From the IMG/VR virus record IMGVR_UViG_3300044716_000090, positions 1 through 40,812 of that record: 40,812 bases of DNA; one strand, written 5' to 3'. Positions 34,498 to 40,812 of this stretch are shown here, piece after piece. The translations under genes were made by a program, and so were the position numbers. Positions within the stretch are counted from its first letter, which is position 1. Each line of letters begins with the position of its first letter. The notes under the pieces were generated by a model that saw only the letters and a program-made list of their open reading frames with translations, made no database searches and had not been told where the DNA came from. The stretch comes from a virus (taxonomy: Duplodnaviria; Heunggongvirae; Uroviricota; Caudoviricetes; Crassvirales).

Positions 34498-37400
34498 TAG
34501 AATTTACATTTAAAGTCTTTAGTAGTTAAATCTGTTTCTGTTTCAGGCTGTGAATTTACTTCATTTTCCTCAATCCCTGTAAAATATTTTACAATTTCTG
34601 AATTAGGAATTTCATCAACCACCTTGCCTGTATTATTATCTAGCTCAGAAGGTTTATTAAACTTGTGGTATTCAGAAATGAATTGTCCATCTCCATATAA
34701 GTTTACCATCTTGAATACAAACTTTCCTTTATATGTTCTCACTGCTTCACCACCTACAAACTTAACCTTTTGATATCCAAACACTTGTGAAATCATTGGA
34801 TCACCTTTAGCTTTCATTTCACTATATGCAGCTCTTGTTACGGTTTTACCAGTCATGAAATCAATCATCTCACCATACTTAGTAGTAATGATACGTGGGA
34901 TAACCACTAGGTCATATCCTCCTGCTTTAGATTTTTCACCTACAGTGAGTACAAGTTTATCATTCTCACCTACACCAATCTGTGGGATTTCTACAAAGCC
35001 TGTAAACTTATATTGAGATACAATTTGATTTTTGAATTCACCAATCTCTGTAACAGACTCCTCGTCCACATATGGAGCAATAGAAGGAGTGATGTCTGGG
35101 TTCTTCCAATTGTTTCTTTGATACCAGTTGTTTCTAGCAAACTCTCTAACGTTTTCATCTATTGCAGCTGTGTTTACAATGTTCTTCACTTCTGCAGAAT
35201 AATCTTCAATAGGAATGATGTTCTTGATAGACACAGCAGATTGATATGTACCTTGTATAATTGCAGCTTTGATTAAGTCTTTATATAATTGGTTTGTGTT
35301 AGGGTCATCTCTTAACTCTCTCATCATACCAATGTACATGTTCTCATCATAAGCTTCTTTAACATTAGCTCTAAGTTTAATTGTCTTAGGACTGTTTGGT
35401 CTCTCTGCAGAAACCACAACTAGGTCTTGTAGTATTTGTTTGTTAGGATATTTCTGTTTAGCCTCTTCTAATTTCACAGCTACAGACTCTGGTCCAAAAG
35501 ATAACTCACTGATATTCAATGGGTTCTTTCTACCTGTTTGAATAACATAATCAAGTAGACTAGCTGTTGCTTTCTCAGCCACTCTGTTAAATTTATCTTT
35601 AGCTATATAAAACTTCTCAGCATATTGTTGGATGGTATCTTCAAGTACACCTCTGAATTCAGATTGGTTAAACTTAAGGATGGCACCTAATGCTGAATTA
35701 GATTGATCTAACACAGTCTTTTCTGTACCTAGGAAAGAACTATCCAAAACTTTCTTTGGAGAACTGATAGCACCTTTATCTTGTGCACGATCAGTCATTA
35801 GTTCCTTTCTATAGAAGTCATCAGCATTTCTAAATGTAGTGGTATCATAGTTGATAGCCTGTGTGAAATTAAAGTTTTCATCAGCTAGGGCAACGTATAA
35901 TAAGAACTCATTTAATATTTTATGTTGCTCAGCATTCTGAGGTTCAGTCATTGTATTGCTAGCAAATGCAGATATGTTATCTTCAAAGTTACCTTCAGCA
36001 ATTGTAGCTCCTTGGATAGCTTTTTGATTTGCAGGGAATTGTAACTTAGCTTGCTTGATGTACTCAACATTGCTTATTGCATATCTAGGAGCACTGTTAG
36101 CATCTAAGTTCTTAATATGTTCTCTGATGATTGGTTGATTCATGAACATAGCCACAGTGTTCATAGAAACACCTGCACGCTCTAACAACATGAATGTACC
36201 TACAATTCTATTGCTGTAGATAATCTTCATGATGTATGGATCTTTTGCAATATCCACAAAAGCATTTGCATACATTGATAGCTTATCAGAGATGTATTCA
36301 CCAGCTTGGTCTTTCATACCAGAAAGTGATATGTGCTCAAAGCCACCATCTGTAAACTTGTTATGTTCTAGAACCATCTCTGTTTGAGGGTTCTCTACAA
36401 ACACATCAGTCTTTTGTGAAAGAGAGTTACCTGTAATATTCACAGCAGCAATACCAATCCATCTCTTACCAGTTAAGAACGCATGTCTTTGGTTAGTCAT
36501 GTAGTTTCTATCTAGCAATCTGTTCTTGATATCACCTTCATTCTCTCCTCTTAACACATCTAGTCTATCAGCAATCTTCTTAAGAGTCTTGTCTGTATTA
36601 GGGGCAGTGAGTCTATCAAAGTTATCTGGTAGAGTTAGTAATGCTTCAAGAGATCTAAAGTATTCATTCTCAAGAGATTGTTTGTAAAGCTTATCTGCTA
36701 ATACACCATAGTCATCAACTCTGCTTCCAGAGATTTCACTATTAATATCTAACATTGCTTTGATGTCCTCTTCAAAGATGAAATTTTTGATAGCTTCTTT
36801 TGCTTGTTCTCCATACCCAAAGAATGGTACAGATTTAATTTTACCAGAAGGGGTTACATAGATGTTCTTTAAATACAAGTTTAATTTATCTATGTCAAAG
36901 TCAGATCCAGATTTGGTAGTGATTTCAGAAGGAACCACAATTGTCTTACCCATAAACTCAGGTAAGAAACCTTTTATTTTAAATACCTCTGCAGAGTTTA
37001 AACCCTGTGTTGGAATACGAAATCCTATACCCTTTAATATCTCTGAGTCTTTTAATAACTCAAGTAACTCTTCATCAGTTTTACCTTTAGGTAATTGATT
37101 CTTGAACCATGCAGGAAGATACACTTCTATGTATGGATCTTCTTTACTGTAAAACTTAAGAGCAGACTTCTTCAGTCCTTCTCCTCTAGACTCACCAGCT
37201 TTCTCCCACATTGTAACAGGAACCTGTACAGCAGGGAAGCCACTCACCTTAGGAGATACAACAGACTTATCTACAATTGAATATAGAATGTTCTTGATTT
37301 GAATATAGTTTGTAGAAGCTTCAAAAGGAATGTAAAACTCTCCAGTTTCAGGATCAATAGATATACTATCAATACCATTCTCAGACATTTCTCTCTTGAG

Positions 37401-40400
37401 CATTTCTTGTCTAAGTGTATTAGCAACAGTTGTTTTATCTGTAACTTTGAATCCATCACCTAGGTCTTCAATAGCAAGCTTTCTTAATAACTCATTGTAG
37501 CCATTAAGTAACATTTCTTTTAATACCTCTGTATTCTTCTCCACTGCCTTTCTAGCATCTTCATTGATAGCTTTGCCATCATTGTATAAGTCAACAGTAG
37601 ACAACTTAGTTAACTGAGAACCAAGTGTTTGCTTGCTATCTTTGTCATAACTATTTTCCACTTGGATACCATAGCTATTCCAATCAACATTAATTGTGTT
37701 GTTGAAAGCTTCCTCATTAAAGCTACCATCTGCGTTGTATAACTTATGTAAATTCTCAGCACCCACCTTTCTACCAGATACCACCACAGCATAGTCATAC
37801 CCTTCATTGAACATCTTCTCATAAAACTTACCAAGGTTAGTTCCTTTAATAGCCTTATAGTATAAAGGCATTTGTGAAAACTTATCTAATACAAGGTCAG
37901 TGTAAGCTTTACCATATTTATTACCAGATACAATAGGTTTTAACACCTCTGTAACAAACTTAGGTTCTGGTTGTTGTAGTAATGCTTCATCATGTTTGCG
38001 AAGAGCATCACTAGAATATGTATAGCCTGGAACGTTCTGTCTTGTGAAAGCCATTTGCCATTGATGCCAATTTTCAGTTTCATCTGACCATTGACCATTC
38101 TTTAACTTCACTTCTTTATATGCAGCATCCATAATCCAAGAAGCAGCATCTGCTTCATTTGATTTAGGATAGAAACTATCTGTTACATTTACATCAGCAG
38201 CTGTTAGTGTCTTAGCAAAGTTTTTATGCTCATGATACCCATAGTCATTAGGTGTCAATTGAACACCTGCCACTGTATTATATTGTTTGTTAAACAAGTT
38301 GTTAAACTCATCAGTGTTTAATGTAATTCTTCTTGGAGATAAGAAAGACTTAATACGCTTAGTCTCATCTAACTTACTACCATCAATCTCAAACTGATAT
38401 GGATCACCAAATAACACCTTGTGGAATTCCACGTTGTTAATCATGTAGTTAGCGTTAGCAAACTTGATAACATCATTAACTTCTTGATCTGTCATATCTA
38501 ACTTGTTCAAGCCAGCTTTATCAGCAAAGTTGTTTTCCAACTCAGCCATTATGAACAAACCTTCTTTTTTACTAGCAATAACCTTCTGTGTTTCAACTAG
38601 GTTTTCTCTAGTCTTAGCTACAGTGTCATTTAATGCTTTTAAAATACCTGTATTTAAACTCTCACGATTCTTATCAATGAAATCATTAACGTCTGCTTCT
38701 GATGCTCTCTTTTCAATAAGACCACCTATTGTCTTTAACAAGTTATCAGGAAGCATGTCTTTTAAGAATCTAAGCTCTGTAGCTTTATCACCCACATTTC
38801 TAAGCTTAGCTCTATTGGTAGAGTCTTGAGCTAACTTTATCTCATCCTTTAAATATCCTAAGAACACGTCTGTGAACAATGCATCTGCATTTCCAGCAGC
38901 TACATCTGTATAGGCAATTGTATTACCTAAGTCCATCATCCATTCCCTGGAGCTATCTGCAGGGATTAATACATAATATCTACCATCTAGGTTTTGATTG
39001 ATTTCTGTAATATATCTATCACCTATGCTTAGAGCAGAAGTTGATTGTCCTTCATTATTAACAACATCTTTAGCTCCTTGAATATATTGTACTTTGATTT
39101 CAGCAATTCTGTTACCTTCCTCATCAAAGAACTTACCACCTGGTTTTAATACTTGGCTACTTGTAGAGAACACATCATTTAACTGAGGCATGTTCTGCTT
39201 TAGTTCTTCTAACGTATCAGAAGAGTTAAATGTATATTCTAATAGAGAAGGATAGTTTGCATCTGTATCAGATTGTATTCTATTACCATCTACACCAAAG
39301 TATGTACTATCTTCCGCAGGAGAAGCAGCCACTGTATATAACTTAGCCAGCTCATTTAACTGTGTACGAATACCAAGCTTTCTACCACCAAAGCTCATTA
39401 GCTCATCAGTCTTAGATAAACCAGTCTTGATACCAGTTACAGCTTCAGAGAAAGCTTTCTTATTCTTCACCTTATTGTATACAGCCATTGGGAATTCTAT
39501 ACCCAAGTCTGCTAGGAATGCAATCTTATCTTGAGGAAGTTTGATATTATAATCAGCCTTCTTAACTGTATAAACTCTCTTCTTCTCATCATAGTTGATG
39601 ATAGAACCAGGTTGTTCAGCCTTAGCTTTCATATTCTCTACCCACTCAGATCTTATTCCAGCAATAGCAGAAGCTTGATTAGCAGGAGCTGTGTATACAT
39701 TATTACCATCCATGAACATAGCCAACGCATCAGGTCTTTGTTTTGTAAACACCTGATAGAAGTTGGTAAACAATCTAATGTCATGTGGTTGATAGCTAGC
39801 AAAGTCAATCTTACCAGTCTTTAAGTTACCACCTAAACGCTCAAACAATCTAACGTAGTCACTGTTTTGTTTAGCTAATTCATGTAGCTTAGATACAAAC
39901 TCAGGAACGTTTCTTGTGTTAGAAAGTCTACTCATTAATGTTGTAAATGCCTGATTGAAAGGCAATAACTTAAGTCCACCAATACTAGATATATCAGCAT
40001 CAGGACGTCTAAGTTCTGAAGAAGTTTCTTGATTTAAACCTTTTGTTTTAATCAATGTACCAATCAATAACTTAACAGCATAAGGAGAAGACTTCTTAAA
40101 GTTCACTGTAAATGCTTCAGCAGCATAGTCTTTTCTATTAGCTCCATCATCATTCACTGTAACTCTACTATCTTCATCAAACTCAATTCTGTATGTCTTT
40201 AAGAACTCTTTAGCTCTCTCAACTAACTTAACGTATTGATTCTCAGAGATTTGTGTTACAGGGTCCTCACCAATAACATTATTCTTTATGTATTGCTCTT
40301 TGATTCTATTAAACAATTCAGAAGCTGTAATGTCTTCTATATTAAACAAAGATCTGTTATTAGCAAATATTTCACCAAACACTCTAGCTGTAATGTCTTG

Positions 40401-40812
40401 TACAAACTCATTAGTTTGTTTAGCATTAATGCCTTCAATCTTTCTATATTGAGCAGCTTCATTCTTTACACTCTCAGGTAGAGTTCTATCTACAAACTCA
40501 CCTGTATCAATAGATTTGAATAGATCTTCTTTTAAGCTAGGCTTATTTACAAATGATTTGAAGAAGTCCATAAGAGCTTTGAAGAAGTTCCTAACTCTTT
40601 CTTTTAAATTTCTAGCAGGTAGTTTACCAAGTCTGAACTCAGCAAAGTCATCAGCTATTCTTTCCTTAGCTTGTTGATCTGTAGCATTAGCATAGTCTAT
40701 TCTTCTACCAGACTCTCTGTCTAAGAAAGAACCAGCTTGATTCTTGAACTCATCAAGGATAGCTTGTTGTTCTCCTTTAGATAGGAAACCTTTCCAGATA
40801 CCTTCAAATATC
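34497..40812 (-). CDS. Virion-packaged single-subunit double-psi beta-barrel RNA polymerase (crAss-like, phi14:2 gp66-type), 5'-truncated
   Basis: GFRIPTQG (37001-37025) and GSDFDIDK (36885-36908) catalytic motifs. The frame has no stop upstream of the track's Met at 40571, so the protein is at least 2104 aa. Confidence 0.85.
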   Translation of the reverse strand, partial: IFEGIWKGFLSKGEQQAILDEFKNQAGSFLDRESGRRIDYANATDQQAKERIADDFAEFRLGKLPARNLKERVRNFFKALMDFFKSFVNKPSLKEDLFKSIDTGEFVDRTLPESVKNEAAQYRKIEGINAKQTNEFVQDITARVFGEIFANNRSLFNIEDITASELFNRIKEQYIKNNVIGEDPVTQISENQYVKLVERAKEFLKTYRIEFDEDSRVTVNDDGANRKDYAAEAFTVNFKKSSPYAVKLLIGTLIKTKGLNQETSSELRRPDADISSIGGLKLLPFNQAFTTLMSRLSNTRNVPEFVSKLHELAKQNSDYVRLFERLGGNLKTGKIDFASYQPHDIRLFTNFYQVFTKQRPDALAMFMDGNNVYTAPANQASAIAGIRSEWVENMKAKAEQPGSIINYDEKKRVYTVKKADYNIKLPQDKIAFLADLGIEFPMAVYNKVKNKKAFSEAVTGIKTGLSKTDELMSFGGRKLGIRTQLNELAKLYTVAASPAEDSTYFGVDGNRIQSDTDANYPSLLEYTFNSSDTLEELKQNMPQLNDVFSTSSQVLKPGGKFFDEEGNRIAEIKVQYIQGAKDVVNNEGQSTSALSIGDRYITEINQNLDGRYYVLIPADSSREWMMDLGNTIAYTDVAAGNADALFTDVFLGYLKDEIKLAQDSTNRAKLRNVGDKATELRFLKDMLPDNLLKTIGGLIEKRASEADVNDFIDKNRESLNTGILKALNDTVAKTRENLVETQKVIASKKEGLFIMAELENNFADKAGLNKLDMTDQEVNDVIKFANANYMINNVEFHKVLFGDPYQFEIDGSKLDETKRIKSFLSPRRITLNTDEFNNLFNKQYNTVAGVQLTPNDYGYHEHKNFAKTLTAADVNVTDSFYPKSNEADAASWIMDAAYKEVKLKNGQWSDETENWHQWQMAFTRQNVPGYTYSSDALRKHDEALLQQPEPKFVTEVLKPIVSGNKYGKAYTDLVLDKFSQMPLYYKAIKGTNLGKFYEKMFNEGYDYAVVVSGRKVGAENLHKLYNADGSFNEEAFNNTINVDWNSYGIQVENSYDKDSKQTLGSQLTKLSTVDLYNDGKAINEDARKAVEKNTEVLKEMLLNGYNELLRKLAIEDLGDGFKVTDKTTVANTLRQEMLKREMSENGIDSISIDPETGEFYIPFEASTNYIQIKNILYSIVDKSVVSPKVSGFPAVQVPVTMWEKAGESRGEGLKKSALKFYSKEDPYIEVYLPAWFKNQLPKGKTDEELLELLKDSEILKGIGFRIPTQGLNSAEVFKIKGFLPEFMGKTIVVPSEITTKSGSDFDIDKLNLYLKNIYVTPSGKIKSVPFFGYGEQAKEAIKNFIFEEDIKAMLDINSEISGSRVDDYGVLADKLYKQSLENEYFRSLEALLTLPDNFDRLTAPNTDKTLKKIADRLDVLRGENEGDIKNRLLDRNYMTNQRHAFLTGKRWIGIAAVNITGNSLSQKTDVFVENPQTEMVLEHNKFTDGGFEHISLSGMKDQAGEYISDKLSMYANAFVDIAKDPYIMKIIYSNRIVGTFMLLERAGVSMNTVAMFMNQPIIREHIKNLDANSAPRYAISNVEYIKQAKLQFPANQKAIQGATIAEGNFEDNISAFASNTMTEPQNAEQHKILNEFLLYVALADENFNFTQAINYDTTTFRNADDFYRKELMTDRAQDKGAISSPKKVLDSSFLGTEKTVLDQSNSALGAILKFNQSEFRGVLEDTIQQYAEKFYIAKDKFNRVAEKATASLLDYVIQTGRKNPLNISELSFGPESVAVKLEEAKQKYPNKQILQDLVVVSAERPNSPKTIKLRANVKEAYDENMYIGMMRELRDDPNTNQLYKDLIKAAIIQGTYQSAVSIKNIIPIEDYSAEVKNIVNTAAIDENVREFARNNWYQRNNWKNPDITPSIAPYVDEESVTEIGEFKNQIVSQYKFTGFVEIPQIGVGENDKLVLTVGEKSKAGGYDLVVIPRIITTKYGEMIDFMTGKTVTRAAYSEMKAKGDPMISQVFGYQKVKFVGGEAVRTYKGKFVFKMVNLYGDGQFISEYHKFNKPSELDNNTGKVVDEIPNSEIVKYFTGIEENEVNSQPETETDLTTKDFKCKF

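Noticed and set aside
1331-40481. Plus-strand ORFs in the track (e.g. 1331..1633, 11435..11914, 23495..23818, 24491..25114, 33674..34066)
   Set aside because: They lie antisense to well-supported minus-strand genes and read as mirror translations of repetitive or codon-biased sequence; none has a recognisable motif.
144-40812. Stop-codon reassignment as seen in some crAss-like phages
   Set aside because: ORFs over 2000 aa are intact in the standard code, and TAG (3266, 19865) and TGA (12908) end genes at sensible boundaries.
1-40812. tRNA, rRNA, integrase or transposase genes
   Set aside because: Intergenic gaps are short and AT-rich with no cloverleaf, and no recombinase motifs were seen.

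Overview
The window is part of the virion/late region of a tailed phage infecting Bacteroidota, most likely crAss-like (Crassvirales or a relative). Essentially every real gene lies on the minus strand and uses the standard code. In transcription order (right to left) it contains: a 5'-truncated giant virion RNA polymerase (RIPTQ ... GSDFDID motifs, open to the window edge, at least 2104 aa); a 1666-aa ejection-type protein with an embedded PD-(D/E)XK nuclease-like domain; a 2550-aa tail fibre with a C-terminal S74 chaperone, plus a LamG tip protein; a GT9-like glycosyltransferase; a lysis cassette (holin-like genes, spanin-like gene, GH19 endolysin); a ~6-kb cell-envelope module (two CsgG-like proteins, a cohesin/dockerin protein, a lipoprotein resembling a stand-alone T9SS C-terminal domain, small membrane proteins, an outer-membrane beta-barrel); collagen-like and LRR-LamG decoration proteins; Thr-run proteins flanking a GT-A glycosyltransferase; a ferritin/Dps-like protein; a tandem GT32 enzyme; an array of Lys-rich proteins built from KKAQxG modules; and a SAM methyltransferase ending at a bidirectional terminator. 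Bacteroidota-type promoters (TAnnTTTG) and eight small ORFs missing from, or over-extended in, the ORF track were found by reading the sequence. The best candidates for undescribed systems are the envelope module, the glycosyltransferase/Thr-run cluster and the basic-protein array. All family assignments come from motif recognition by eye; no database search was run.
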